Source: Rhizophagus irregularis (lineage: Eukaryota). From it: 64,000 bases of DNA. The stretch's first letter is position 1; each line of letters begins with the position of its first letter. The stretch lies in NCBI RefSeq assembly GCF_026210795.1, contig NC_089430.1, positions 1,798,001-1,862,000 on the forward strand, given 5' to 3'. Both the position numbers and the translations under genes were made by a program. A model generated the notes under the pieces. The model was not told the DNA's origin. It was given only the letters and a program-made list of their open reading frames with translations, and made no database searches. Positions 1 through 13,515 of the stretch are shown piece after piece.

Positions 1-605
1 ATCAACTTCAGTTTTGGGCTTTGATAGATGGTTTTGAAGCAAAAGCTTCGAGTCTTTTTTTAAATTATTTTTTTTTTATTTAATTAATTTATTTTCTTTT
101 ATTTGGTAGGTTTTGGCTTCAGTTCTTGGACTTTAGATAGGTAAGTTCATTTTGAACACACTTCAAAACTTTATTTTTTTAAAAAAAAAAATTTATTTTT
201 TTTCTATTTTGTGGGTTTCAGCTTCTGTTCTTGAACGTTCGATAGGTAAGTTTCATTTCAAAACTTATTGTTTTTTTAAAAAAAATAAAAAAAAATAAAT
301 TATTTTTTTAATTTTTTTCTTTAATTTACAGGGTTTCAGCTTCCTGGAATATGGGGTAAGTGTGTGGAGGTCAGTTTGTTTAATGTTTACTTTGAAGAAA
401 TGTACTAACATTTCATTATTTTGTAGAAAGTGAACCTTCCAAAGTATACTAATGCCTACTACCTATTAAAATATTATCCTAGATGCAATATTTCGGTATG
501 GTTTTTTATTTTTTTTTATTCTTTTAATATTTTTTATCTTCACAAACAGCTTCTAACGATTCTTTTTTACATTATTCAGTCTCCTTGGATGTGACAATTC
601 GGTAA
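1..605 (+). repeat. Array of similar short segments bounded by AG/GTAAG, resembling a micro-exon array; likely part of a repetitive element
   Basis: Recurring unit (ag)ggtttc/ttggcttc..ttcttgga..gatag|gtaagt at about 109-146, 213-251 and 330-361, separated by T-rich intron-like spacers. Confidence 0.4.
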
Positions 606-1214
606 ATTTCAACTTTTTATTCCTTTAATTGTTATTACATGCGCGTTTCAATTTTGCTAATTTTCCTTGAATTTTTTATATTTACGGTTGGTATTATTTT
701 GATTTTACTCTTTGGATTTTTTATATTTGCGGTTGGTACTATTTTATTTGATTTCGTTTATTGATTTCGGTTAATTTCAATTTACTAACAATTTTACTTG
801 GTTATTTTTTATATTTTCGCGCGTTTCGATTTTACTATTCTTGGAATTTTTATATTTATGGTTGGGTTTAGATTTTGTCAATTTGCTTAGCGTTAGTGTT
901 AGATTTTAGCCTTAGATTTTAGCGTTAGCTTGTATTTTTAGGTTAGAATACAAATTATGCAATAAAGTAATATCAAATTTGCGCAATTTATAAAGTTATG
1001 TTATTAAAGTTGCAAATATTGCACATTTCAATAAAGTTACAATATATTATATAAAAATGTGCAAATTTTTGAACAATTAATTACACATTACTAAATATAC
1101 AATCATTGTGCATTTTCAGGGTGCGCAAATCAATTTTTTTTATGCACAAAATTTTGCACAATTTTGCAACCTTTTTGTGCATTTACTGCGCATAAAAAAT
1201 TTCCTGATGTCATC

Positions 1215-1485
1215 AATAGCTGCGAGAACGTTAATGTATACTAATTCAATAAAAAAAAAGTTTCGCAATGTTTTTTTGATAATTCATCAAATAATGCCGT
1301 GAGAATGTTTTTAATGTATAATTCAATAAAAAAAACGTTGCGAACCATTTTTTTATTGAATTATATTAAAAAACGTTTTTGCTATGCTTTTAATGAATTA
1401 TTGAAAAAAACATTGTGAACTTTTTTTTTATTGAATTATATATTAAAAAACGTTCTCGCAACGTTATTTGATGAATTATCAAATT
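1215..1485. repeat. Degenerate AT-rich inverted (foldback) repeat
   Basis: aattcaataaaaaaaa units on the left are mirrored by ttttttttattgaatt units on the right, centred near 1340. Confidence 0.55.
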
Positions 1486-1489
1486 AAAA

Positions 1490-1800
1490 ACAATCTCAAA
1501 AAAAAATCTTTATTAAAAATATCCTATATGAATCTTAGAAAATCTCAAAAAAAAAAAATTTTTATTTAAAATATCCCATACAAACCCTAGAATCTCTCAA
1601 AAAAATGCTTTTCTGTCAAAGACATCTTCCCATATGAACTCTAAGAAAATCTCAAAAAAAAAATCTTTATCAAAAATATCCTATATGAATCTTAGAAAAT
1701 CTCAAAAAAAAAATTTTTATTAAAAATATCCCATATGAACCCTACAAAAAGAAAATCTTTATTAAGATATCCCATACGAACTCTTCCCATACGAAAAATT
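1490..1800. repeat. Degenerate tandem repeat, ~50 bp unit
   Basis: Repeated aatctcaaaaaaaaa(a)tctttattaaaaatatcc(c)atatgaa(t/c)cttagaa. Confidence 0.7.
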
Positions 1801-2039
1801 TTACAACCTATATTTATGTATATGTATTGTTTTTATTGAATTATTTTTCTTTTGTTCATATACTGTTAACGTGATGTGATAAAATTTTTTATGTGATATA
1901 TATTTGTGTAATGGCAAAATACCAGAAAATCGGTAAATTTCTAAGTTTGTAAAAAAAAAATTTCTTATTTTCTAAATCTGAACATCAAAAAACCAGTAGT
2001 TTGGCAAGACATTTTTGGTTAATTAAAATTTCATATTAG

Positions 2040-2265
2040 GAAACATGATGAAGATTATTCAACACATGATAAAAAAATTTCATGTCACATGGTGAAAAAC
2101 ATCATAAAATATGATGAAAAATATGATCAACATGATGAAAAGTCGTCATGTCAACATGATGAAAAGTTATCATAAAACATGATGAAAAGTCATCATGAAA
2201 CATGATGAAAAGTTATCATGAAACATGATGAAAAATCATCATAAAACATGATGAAAAGTTATCAA
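2040..2265. repeat. Minisatellite, ~21-22 bp unit
   Basis: Repeated aaacatgatgaaaagttatcat and variants. Confidence 0.8.
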
Positions 2266-4189
2266 CCTTTTGACTTAGTACGGCTTGCCATACTTATACG
2301 TTTAAGGAATAATTTGGTGAAAATCTTAATTTGTTAATTGTGAAAAAAAAAAAATTTTTTTTTTACACGTGAATTTATTTAATCGATAAGCCCCCATTAA
2401 TTACGAAATTTTAATTTATTTTTCTTTCTTAGAAAATATCGAGGCTTAACCCAGTTATTACAATATCTGTTCATTGAAATGACGTAATGTATATAAATAT
2501 GAATAGGGTAATTTTTTTTTTTATTTATTTACCTTTATTTCAAAATGATATACATGTTACAAATATGGAAATAAAAAAAAATTTTTATCTTCCAACATGA
2601 AGTGAAACAAAATAAAATTTTTTCAAAATGTGCTGATTTTTACATATATGCATGTTGTAAACGGTCGAATATCAAGCATGAAAAGATGATAAAATTCAAT
2701 CACCAAATGTAATTGCCAAATATTAAGAACGAACAAATTGATTATGAATTGGCGTAGATGGATAAATAATTAGCCGAAAAGGATAAACATTTAGGAAGAG
2801 TAATGATCTACATGATGTAATATTTATCAAATGATTGACAAAGAACCAATAGGATAAATAGAGTCGATCAATTGCGGCTTAGCAATCTTTAACAATAAGA
2901 ACGATTAGAAAGAATAATTATAAGCCACAAAAGATAGATTATAAGCAAAACACATGAAGCGGATTGAAAGAACATATAAAATAATGTCGGAAAGATTAAA
3001 GAACATAAAATAATATAAAAGATAATATAAAAAGATAATACAAAGATGTTATAAAAGATAATATATATATATATAAAAGATAGCATATTAAAAGATAGTG
3101 TATTTAAAATATAGATAGTATATTAGAAAGATAGTTCAAAGATAATATGTAAAAAGAACATAAAAGATAGTATATAGATAGAATAGAAAGTAGCATAAAA
3201 TTTGTATAAAAAGAGAACGGAATTCAAAATAATTCCACAGTTCTCATCCACAGAACTCAATAAAAATATAAGTTTCATTTAATTATTTGTTAGTAAAGTT
3301 TAATATTAATTAAAGGTAATAGGTTCGCCCTAAACTTTAATTAATGTTCGCTTAATTAATTTTAATTGAAAAATGGAAATTTTAAGAAGAATTAAATATA
3401 CATTGTGAAAAGTAATAATTCGTAGCGAGAGCTATCGAAGTTTGAAATTAAAGGTAAAAGTGGATATAATTTGGGGAAAATTTAGAGAAGTTAATTTTAT
3501 TTTATATCGTTTGATGTTTTGTATTACTAACGCTATTTATGTTGTGAACCAAGAATGTTGCCGTTATATGTTGTTGTATGTTGTTCGCTGATTATGTTGA
3601 TTGTTAATTATGCTGTTGATTATTTGTTTGTTCGTTTGATTGTTCGTTCATTCGTTTATTCGTTCGTTCGACCATGGGAATGCCCGTTCGATGTGGCAAC
3701 TCTGTAAATTGATGACAGAGGGAATTGGGGGATCTCAATGTGTTTCATATACTTTTGATTTTCAATTATCGTATTATTTTATTTTTTTTAATCATATTTG
3801 TTTTCTTTCATTGATTTTGATTATTAAATGTATTAAAAATATGCAATCATTTGTTTGCCACGTACACTCATCAGATTTATTAGTTTCCTTAGCTTTTGGT
3901 AAGTTGAACATATTTCTTAACGTTGTGTATGTCTTTTTGTCCTTCATTAATATTAACTATTCTCCCTTCTTTTCATTTTATTCGTCATTCCACTTCGTCA
4001 CTTTTTGTAAGTAGTTTTTTCCACCTTTTAACGGCTTTAAAACTTTGGCATCAGTATCCTAGTAAATGGTAAATTATTTTGGGTCTTTTGGAATTGGGAA
4101 TTTATTTTCTTTAACTAACTATTTTTTTCTTTTTTTGGTTGGGCTGTTCACTTCTTTTTTGGGCTTTATGGTCTTTTTGTTTCTTTCTT

Positions 4190-4935
4190 ATAATGCCATG
4201 CTGTTTCATCATTTTTTTCCATCACTGTTTCATCTCCTATCATTCTTTTTCTATCTCCATTTTATTCCATATATTCTTTCATCTCCATTTCGTCCTATAT
4301 CATTTTTTCTATCACCATTTCATTCTACACCGCTTTTTCATCATCATTTCGTCCTATCATCACCATTTCATCTCCTATCATTTTTCCCACCACTATTTCG
4401 TTGCCTATCATTCTTTTTCCATCTCCACTTTGTTCCACATTATTCTTTCATTTTTCATCTCTATTTCATCCTATCTTTTTTTTTTCATTGCAATTTTGTT
4501 CTATATCACTTTATCATTATCATTCGTTCATCCACCATTTCGTCTTATATCATTATTTCTATCACCATTTTGCTCTATATCACTTTTTTGTCATCATTTC
4601 AACCTATACCGTTCCTTTAACTACCATTTCGTCTCCTATCATTTTTTTCTACCACCTTTCGTTCTATATTGCTTTCCATCATCATTTCATCCCATATATA
4701 CTGTTCTTTTCATTACTATTTCATCTGAATCGTCTCCTATTGTTCTTTTCCATTACCATTTTGTTTTATATCACTTCATCATTATCATTTCGTCTCCCTT
4801 AATCACCATTTCATCCTATATATCACAATTTCATTCTATATTGCTTTTTCATCATCATTTCATCCCATACTGTTCTTTTCATTGCTATCTCGTCTCCTAT
4901 TGTTCTTTTTCCATTACCATTTCATACTATTGTTT
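4190..4935. repeat. Degenerate pyrimidine-rich tandem repeat (~24-29 bp units); explains the F/H/S-rich ORFs
   Basis: Repeated ttttcatcaccatttcgtcctatatca-like units. Confidence 0.75.
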
Positions 4936-5895
4936 CTTATTACTCTTTTTGTTCTTTATTGTTCTTTCTTATTCTTTATCACTCATTTTGTCCATTATTA
5001 TTTATTTGACTGGGGTGTTCTCAAAAATTAAAGATGTACGCAATTTTTTAGTCGTGTAAAATTACATAAAGTTAAATAAAATATTTAAATTAGTTATTGG
5101 TTAATTATAATCATGTGACACCGGTGCTGACCACCACTCCACCAGTGGTGATAAATAACAAACTTCTTTTTTAAAATAATAAATAAAATTTAAACAATAC
5201 ATCGGGTGAACTGATTTTTTTTCATTCATTATTCTAACAATAATTTACACCATTTACGATAATCTCATGTAAAAAAAATATCATCCTTGAGATTTCTAAA
5301 ATTTATAAATTTAATTTAAATTAAAATATAATATGCTCCGATCCTTGATCATTGATCCCATGATACTATTAATTAATACACTCAAAATTTGCTCCCTTCA
5401 GTCCCGTGTTCTGTGGTGGGTACTGGAACAAAAAAAATACTGGCTAGTTCAGTTATATAAATTGATTGATTTATTTTAAGAACTTGCTACTCTTTAAGAT
5501 GGTCACTTAAAGCCTACAGAAATCATACGTATATTTCATGAAAAATTTTTTCACCATTGAAATATTCATAACACCAATAATAAAAAAAGCACAGAGAATG
5601 TATTGTATATAGTTGGCTGATTCAAAATTTAATTTCAAATTTTACTTTTATTAATACTTCCTAATTAAACAAACTGATTGATATCCATATGCATGATAAT
5701 ATATATTACTCAATTACAAACTGATTTCATTTATGTAAGAAAAGATAAGTTTACATGATACTACTCTATGAATCAGTGTTGAGCAAAAGCTACATGTACC
5801 TGCTATATATATAAACCTCTCAAGACCGTAAAAAAAAATATATATATGTAAAAAATAATGAATAAAATAAATAAAGGTAGTAACCTATGAATATT

Positions 5896-8245
5896 TAAAA
5901 CACTAAAAGATTTGTTGGTTGCTGATCGTACTAAAATAGAAAAGCTTGATTTGAAATGTATTTATATAATCAGCAAATCAATACCAAAGATGGGGGATCA
6001 GCATCTTAAAATGGAAATCACTCAAAAACTAATCTTATGTTAACGTTAAGTTAACGTTAACCTATCATGACATGTCAATCATTTCAAGTCATAACAATAA
6101 CGTGACGTGCCACCCACCCACCCATAGGGTGATATTGCACTTATATAGAATGATCTTTCTTGCTTAAAAATTATGGGATAAAATTTTTAGCAAATCATGT
6201 GAAAACTGAATAATTTTTTTGTTAGCCAAAAATGATCAACAACCGGATGACAAATTTTAATATTATGTAAATAAACAATTTGTTTGTATTACTTATTTAA
6301 ATATAGATACATTTTTTTTTTATTTTGAACCAAAAAATAAACAATAATCAAATGGTAAATTTTCATTATCGTCGTCATTACATTATCGTTATAATTAAAG
6401 TTCCCTGCCGAAATTAGGGAGTTTCGGCATGTCAAAATTGTCAAAACTATTTTGACATGTCAAAATTGTCGAAACCTAAAAATATTACATTTCGCGTAAT
6501 AACTCGGCGTCCAATGATCATGGAAAGATGCACCATAGCTCGTTGGAATCGTCTCATAACGACGAGTCGAATGGTGGCTAAATCGTCTTTCTACGATCAC
6601 TGGATGCCGAGATATTAAGCGAAACGTCAAAAATCGGCATTTTGTATTTTGCGATACTGCGCCATTTGACGTTTCACTTAATAACTCGGCATCCAATGAT
6701 CGTAGAAAGATGCACCATAGCTCGTTGGAATCGTCTCATAACGACGAGTCGAATGGTTGCTAAATCGTCTTTCTACGATCACTGGATGCCGAGATATTGA
6801 GCGAAACGTCAAAAATCGGCATTTTGTATTTTGCGCTACTGCGCCGTTTGACGTTTCGTCTATTATCTCGGCATCCAATGATCGTGGAAAGATGATTTAA
6901 CCACCATTCGACTCGTCGTTATGAGACGAATCCAACGAGCTATGGTGCATCTTTCTACGATCATTGGATGCCGAGTTATTAAGTGAAACGTCAAATGGCG
7001 CAGTATCGCAAAATACAAAATGCTGATTTTTGACGTTTCGCTCAATATCTCGGCATCCAGTGATCGTAGAAAGACGATCTAACCACCATTCGATTCGTCG
7101 TTATGAGACGATTCCAACGAGCTATGGTGCATTTTTCTACGATCATTGGACGCCGAGTTAATACGTGAAACGTAATATTTTTAGGTTTCGACAATTTTGA
7201 CATGTCGAAACTATTTCGGCATTTCGGCATTTCTACAGGTTTTAGTTTCGACATTTCGACAATAGCCTGTAGAGTTTTGGCAGGCAACTTTAGTTATAAT
7301 GCTATCATGAAAATTTTTTCAGGGTAGTAATTCTAAAAATGATTAACAATCAGATAATAAGATTGTTGTTTTATTATAATGTTATCATAAAATTTTTTTT
7401 TCTCAACAATTGGATGATAAAATTAAATAAATGTTATATCAAGTAATTTTTTATTTTGAAACAAAACAATAAACAACAACTAAATGGTAAAATTTCATTA
7501 TCATTGTCTTATTATTATGATATTCAGTTATCATAATTTTCCAGAACTAAAAATGATCAACAATCGGATAGTAGAATTGTTTTATTACAATATAATCATG
7601 AAAAATTTTTTTCCAGAGCCGTAATTCCAAAAATGATGATAGTAAATATTAAATAAATGCTTTATCAAGTAATAAACAATCTTTCTGTATTGTTATTTAA
7701 AGTTAATCACATATTCTGATATATATATTTTTTTATTTTTAAACCAAAAAATAAACAACAATCAAGATAATTAACCTTAAAATGATTAACAAGTGAAATA
7801 ACTAAGCCAAAAATGATTAACAAGCAAAATAAACTGAAAATGATCATCCTTTACCAAATGAGAAAAAAATTATGTTAATAGCTAGTAGTTAAGAGTAATT
7901 TCTCATTTTTTTTTATAGATATGTTAAATATAATCAAAAATTTTACAAATAAAGTGAAAGTTATGGTTTGGCTAGAAAAGCCCGGCGAGCGAAGCGAGCC
8001 AAATGAAATTGCATCATCATAATAAATCACATGAATATTTAATACACAATCACATGATCTACCAGTAATTTTTCCACCAGTTAAAATTTAGAAATTCTCT
8101 TTAAATCTTAAAAACTATTTATCATAATAATTATGATACTGTATGGTAGTATAAACCAACTTAATTAAAAAAAAAGTCAGAATTATTACAGTTCTAATTA
8201 TACTATGACTATAGCTCCCTGCCATGTTTAATGTTAACTTGTTTA
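5896..8245. repeat. Copy A of an inverted duplication; 5896-6198 and 7756-8245 match 42889-43662 in reverse complement
   Basis: For example gccatgtttaatgttaacttgttta (8221) versus taaacaagttaacattaaacatggc (42889); gatgggggatcagcatctt versus aagatgctgatcccccatc. Confidence 0.85.
6396..7292. mobile_element. Non-autonomous hAT-like foldback element (897 bp) with internal ~182 bp units arranged A-A then inverted
   Basis: Termini taaagttccctgccgaaa / ttttggcaggcaacttta (16/18 inverted match); perfect 8 bp TSD gttataat at 6388-6395 and 7293-7300; direct units start near 6498 and 6680, inverted copies at 6861-7180. Confidence 0.8.
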
Positions 8246-8296
8246 TTATAATAATTTATTATTTTAATGGAATTAGAACTCTCCTTTGTTCGTAAA

Positions 8297-9958
8297 TTAA
8301 TCAATAATTGCACATTCTAAACAATCGCTTCTGTCTGATTTTAGAAGACTTCCTGTAAATGATTAAGTAGTTGATATACTGTAAATAATCTGATTAAATA
8401 AACAAGTAAATGAAAATTAAATTATTACCTGAATATTTCTTGGTCGATATATTATCATATATTTCATAATAATTATCCGAATTCTTTGGTTCAGAAAGAT
8501 TTTTAAAATTAAGTGGTCTGCTTTTATAAACAGCTTCAGGATGTATCTTATTTATTGAAGATGAATCATTAGCTGATGAAATATTATTAATTTTTTCTGT
8601 TTCTTCAATTTGATTAATTAATTCTGTTTTAATTAATTCTAATCGGCCATCCATATACATACTAAAATCTGCTAACCATTCACCAAAAATTTTTGAAAGA
8701 TTTTTTGCACATGGTCGATTTGATGGGTTTGCATCTAAGCAGCTTTTAATTATATGTAAAACTAATTGTGGTATTTTAATATTAAATTCGGGTCTTGATC
8801 CTTCGCAAATATTTAATGCTAATAATTCGTTATGGGCATTATCATAATATGGAGGTAATCCTGAAATAACCTCATACATAATTATACCAAAACTATAAAT
8901 ATCTGAAGCTTTGGTATAATTTTGTCCTCTTAAAATTTCGGGAGCCAAATAGGCTAAAACGCCATATATAACATTTTTTGCATTTTCTGATTCATTATAA
9001 TTTGCTGGTTTACATAACCCCATATCAGTTATACGAGGCGAAAGATCATAATTATTACATACTATATTTCCAACATGTAAATCTCGATGAATTAAATCTT
9101 TACCATGAATTCTCCCAATCCCATATGAAATATGTTTTAAAATAAAAATCTTATGTCTCCACGTCCACAAACTCAAATCCAGATTAGAAAATTTATACTT
9201 TTTACTATACTTTTTATACAACATTGTTTTTTCATTGTTCAATGAATTCCGTAGATTTCCTCTCTTAGCAAAATTCATAACCATAATATAATCTTTTGTA
9301 TTTGGATCTTGACTTATCCCATGACATTTAATAATTTGATCTGATATCTTATATTTATGAACTTTAAGATATATTGTAACCTAATTATTTTAAACAAATT
9401 CATTAATAAACTATAATTTTTATAATTTAATAAATAAGTTAACTCACATGATGCAATTAATTATACCTCATTAATAAATTCCAATGAAACATTTTGTGAA
9501 TTATTCAGACTTTTAAAAGCTACAAAGACACCATCTTTACGTCTTTTCCACTGATGGCATCTTGTATCCCAATGCAAAATATAGCCACTATTCCAACTTG
9601 CTCTATATACTTTTCCAAACCCACCTTCTGCGATATATTTAGGATTTTTAAACATATTATAAGGCATCCACTCTAATATTTGGTGATGATTTTTTGCCGA
9701 TAACTGAGTATTTTGAATGAACTTATCAATTACATCATTACCACTAGTCCAATTATGAAAATTTTGCTGAAATCTTTTTGAATTACAAGATTGGCACCAA
9801 TACTTCTCCGTATTTATTTGGTTGCACTCTACACACCTTCCATAAGCTTTCTCACAATGCTTTGAATAACAAGTATCGCAAAAAGGGTCACCTAATGTTA
9901 CTTGTTCGCATTGGTAACATGTTCTGTGTTTTGGCTTTTTTTCATCTAATTGATCCAT
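8297..9958 (-). CDS. Tyrosine-kinase-like protein kinase with N-terminal tandem Cys-rich (CxxC..WCxxC) modules; 3 exons (9958-9467, 9380-8429, 8352-8297)
   Basis: EGGFGKVY Gly-loop, VAFK lysine, HRDLHVGN, ITDMG, YLAPE, SDIYSFG; GT-AG introns keep frame; ends SDCLECAIID*. Confidence 0.9.
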
Positions 9959-10919
9959 TTCACAAATAAATTAATTAATTTGTCACAAAGTTTATCATTA
10001 AATTTTATTCGGTAAATTTTGATACCAATAAAAAACCAATAGATAGACGTATTTATATCTTGATGATTGACATGACTTTTTATGGCAAGAATCAGTTACG
10101 TCATGCTTTCATGTCATTCTTTCTCTTTTAAACCTTTTTTATGACAAGAATGAACCAGGAAACAATTAAATATTGACTATATTATTTTTTTTTTGAAGTT
10201 TATAGAAAGCTTATTCAGGTTAAGAATTATAAGCTTTTTATGGAAATGATCAGTTGATAACAGACCATTCATAAACGTTACAGTAAAATTTCTAGTGTGA
10301 GAAAATTTGTTAGGGGTATCGTTCAAGATATGCATAAAATATATACATTTTAATTTTTTATTTTTTAAGGAAAAAAAGAATTTTTTTTTTTTAGCGGTAT
10401 AAGGGAAAAAAAAGAAATGTGTTGCCCCATTAATCTATAGATTATCATAATTTCCATAATAATTTCCATAGGTGCTAAATCTTCAAATTTAATAATTTAA
10501 TGATTTTATATTAAACTAAATGAACGTTGGCTTGATAGTATAAAAATTTTTTCAATCGATATTGATTACATTTTTTCATAATATACTAAAAATGAAAAAA
10601 GAAATATACTAAAAAGTAAAATTTTGAAATTTTTTCATTTAATATTTTTCAGGGAAATCAGTTGGTATAATGCAGAAATAAAAAAAAAATAAGAAATAAA
10701 TTCAAACAAAATTAATATTATGAAACGTCATAAAAAATTTGATAAAATTGAATAACATAAAATCATTTTGCCGTTTACTCTCTCTTCTCTTTTCAGGTCC
10801 TATTTGCCTGACTTCTTATTGCTCTAATATTTAATAGTATTCTCTGAATTGTTTTATTGTTCTTAAAATTTTCCACAACATACCACCTAAAAATCCGCAC
10901 TTCAAGCACAATGGACTGT

Positions 10920-11140
10920 TAGTGTCCCAATCCGTCATCCGTTTATCATGATATTCGACGGATATCCGAAGGATAATCAGATCGGATAAAAACAAATTTA
11001 CAATGTCGAATGATGCGTTATTGTCCATTACTCAATTATCTGAGAAATCTAATCCGGTATTATCCGTTATCCGAAAAATTCGAATTTTTTGGCGGATATC
11101 CGTAATCCGACGGATAGCGGTTTAACGGAATTGAACACTA
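10920..11140. mobile_element. Decayed hAT-like MITE (221 bp)
   Basis: Imperfect TIRs tagtgtcccaatccgtca / taacggaattgaacacta; 8 bp flanks tggactgt and cggaccat, both derivable from cggaccgt by CpG transitions; internal atccg/cggat motifs. Confidence 0.6.
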
Positions 11141-11322
11141 CGGACCATTCAATAATAATCAGTTCATTCTTGGGCACTTTCACGAATCACGGGATATATT
11201 TAATATACACTTGTTAAATATTAATTTAATTTTTCCACTTTTAAGTCTTAAAGGTTAGATTGATTTCATTAAAAATTACTCTTAGTTCCCATAAAAAAAC
11301 AAGAAATTAATTTTTTCCGAAC

Positions 11323-11616
11323 CCCTATAAAAAAAGAAAATTCGGAATTTGTCCTGAAAAGTATGGAAAATGTCTGGAAATTTTCCGTGCGTCCGGAAAA
11401 CATTCGGAAACGGTCATGTTTTGGAACACTTTCCGGACGCACAAATTCCAGACATTTTCTTGACACTCCAGAATTTGTCCAGAATTTGTCCAGAATCGAG
11501 CGTCCGGAAAATGTTCCAAAACATGACCGTTTCTGAATGTTTTCCGGACGCACGGAAAATTTCCGGACATTTTCCATACTTTTCAGGACAAATTCCGAAT
11601 TTTCTTTTTTATAGGG
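11323..11616. mobile_element. Foldback MITE with CCC...GGG termini and 3 bp TSD (CMC/EnSpm-like), copy 1
   Basis: Inverted arms of ~118 bp starting ccctataaaaaaagaaaattcgg; TSD aac on both sides; near-identical copy at 35315-35609. Confidence 0.85.
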
Positions 11617-11975
11617 AACTTGGAATTTCCCGTAATGGTTCAATAGGGTTCAACACTGACTTATAAGCTTTTTTAGCAAGAATCAGGACGAAGAATAACA
11701 TCTCGAGAGCTTTCCATGAATCTTAAAGAAAATAGCATAATTTTATAATCCAATTGTTCCTGGTTCATTCTTGCTATAAATGAGGCTTGTATCGATTTCG
11801 GTTAGTAATGAGGTAAATCTCAACAAGAATGTTATAGTTAACACGTTTAATATTTGGTAACACAACGAAACCATTTGCTGATCATTTGGGCTGAAGATAA
11901 CATATATTTAAGACATCGTTACGATTTTGTAACAATATTTTTCAACAGCAAAATCTACAAATTAATTTATTTGCT

Positions 11976-13515
11976 ATGGATCAATCAAATGAAGAAGAAG
12001 TAAACGTAGACAAAAATAAGTGTGCTCAATGCAAAAAAATAGATGCCCACTGTGAAACTTGTCGAGAAAAAAAATATGGAAAATGTAGAGAATGTGAGCA
12101 AATATATACAGGGGGTAGATGGTGTCAATCTTGTAATTCAAAAAGATTTCAACAAAACTTCGGTAATTGGACTAGTGGTAATGGTGACATCGATACGTTC
12201 ATTCAAAATACTCAGTTATCAGCAAAAAATCAACACCAAATATTGGAATGGGTGCCTTATGATAAATTTTTTAAAATTAAATATATTGCAGAAGGAGGAT
12301 TTGGTAAAGTATATAGAGCAAAATGGAGTGATGGTCATATTTCACACTGGAACATGGATTTAAGTCGATGGGTAAGAAGACATAACGGTAATTATGTAAT
12401 TCTTAAAAGTTTGGATAATTCACAAAAAGTTACATTGGAATTTATCACTGAGGTATAATTTCAGTTATATTATAGATTTCGCTAAAAGTTTAGATTATTA
12501 TTGTTTTATTAATTAATTTATTGAAAACAATTAGATTACTTTATATCCTAAAATTCGTAAAAGTAAAGCACCAGATGTATTTTATGGAGTAACTCAAGAT
12601 CCAAATACGAAAGACTATGTTTTGATTATGAGCTATGCCGTAAACAATTGGTATAAAAAACTTACATTGCCTAAAAAGAATTTAGGTTGGAGTTTACAGT
12701 TGTGGAAAGAAAAGATCGATAGTATACAATGTATTGCAACCAGACTTAAGAAAATTCATTGCAGAGAATTAATTCATCGAAATTTACATATTGGAAATAT
12801 ATTACGATATAGAAATGTATTTTGTATAACTGATGTAGGATTTTGTAAGCCAGCGAATTATAATGAGTTAAAAGATGTAGAAAATAATATGTATGGTGTT
12901 TTATCTTATTTGGCTCCTGAAATTTTAAGAGGACAAGATTATACCAAAGCTTCAGATATTTATAGCTTGGGCATAGTTATGTATATGGTAATTTCACAAA
13001 TGCCTCCATATTATGATGTTGCTCATGATGAAGGTTTGGCACTAAGGATATGTGAAGGATTAAGACCCAGTTTTAATTTTAGAGTACCTAAATTGATTTT
13101 GCATTTAATTAAAAGATGCTTAGATGCAAATCCGTTAAATCGACCAGCAACAAAAGAAATTATAATGGCTCTTCATGAATGGTCAGTGGGACTTAAATTA
13201 TATTTTAGGAGTAAAGTAAAGAAAACAGAAATAATTAAGACAGAATTAATTGAACAAGTTGAAGAAATTACCAATAATCTCTCTCCTGATAATTCATCGT
13301 TAACAAATGAAATACATTCCGAAGCTATTTATAAAAGTAGACCATTTAATTTTAAAAATCTCCCTACACCAAAGAATTCTGATAATTATTATGAAAATTA
13401 TGAGAATATATCAAGTATGAAGTACTCAGGTACTATTAAATAACTTAATTCATTTATTTGCTTATCAATTAAAATTTTTATATTAATACAGTACTAATTT
13501 TTTATAGAAGGATAA
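11976..13515 (+). CDS. Tyrosine-kinase-like protein, predicted pseudokinase (HRN in place of HRD); exons 11976-12452, 12535-13429 and a probable tiny exon 13508-13515
   Basis: Paralog of the 8297-9958 gene with the same intron positions; EGGFGKVY, HRNLHIGN (12775-), TDVG, YLAPE. Confidence 0.85.

Noticed and set aside
2040..2265. Short regular repeats as a CRISPR array
   Set aside because: Head-to-tail minisatellite without spacers in eukaryotic DNA
1998..2295. Possible TIR pair agtttggcaag / cttgccatact around the minisatellite
   Set aside because: Short, and no TSD could be defined
4066..5059. Long overlapping ORFs of 133-306 aa
   Set aside because: Products of a pyrimidine-rich degenerate tandem repeat, open in several frames, with no domain signal
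6460..7287. Repeated short ORFs and a CRISPR-like repeat appearance
   Set aside because: Whole ~182 bp units are repeated with no unique spacers; they lie inside a TIR/TSD-bounded element; no cas genes
11269..11666. ORFs on both strands, also at 35285-35618
   Set aside because: Artefacts of the palindromic MITE
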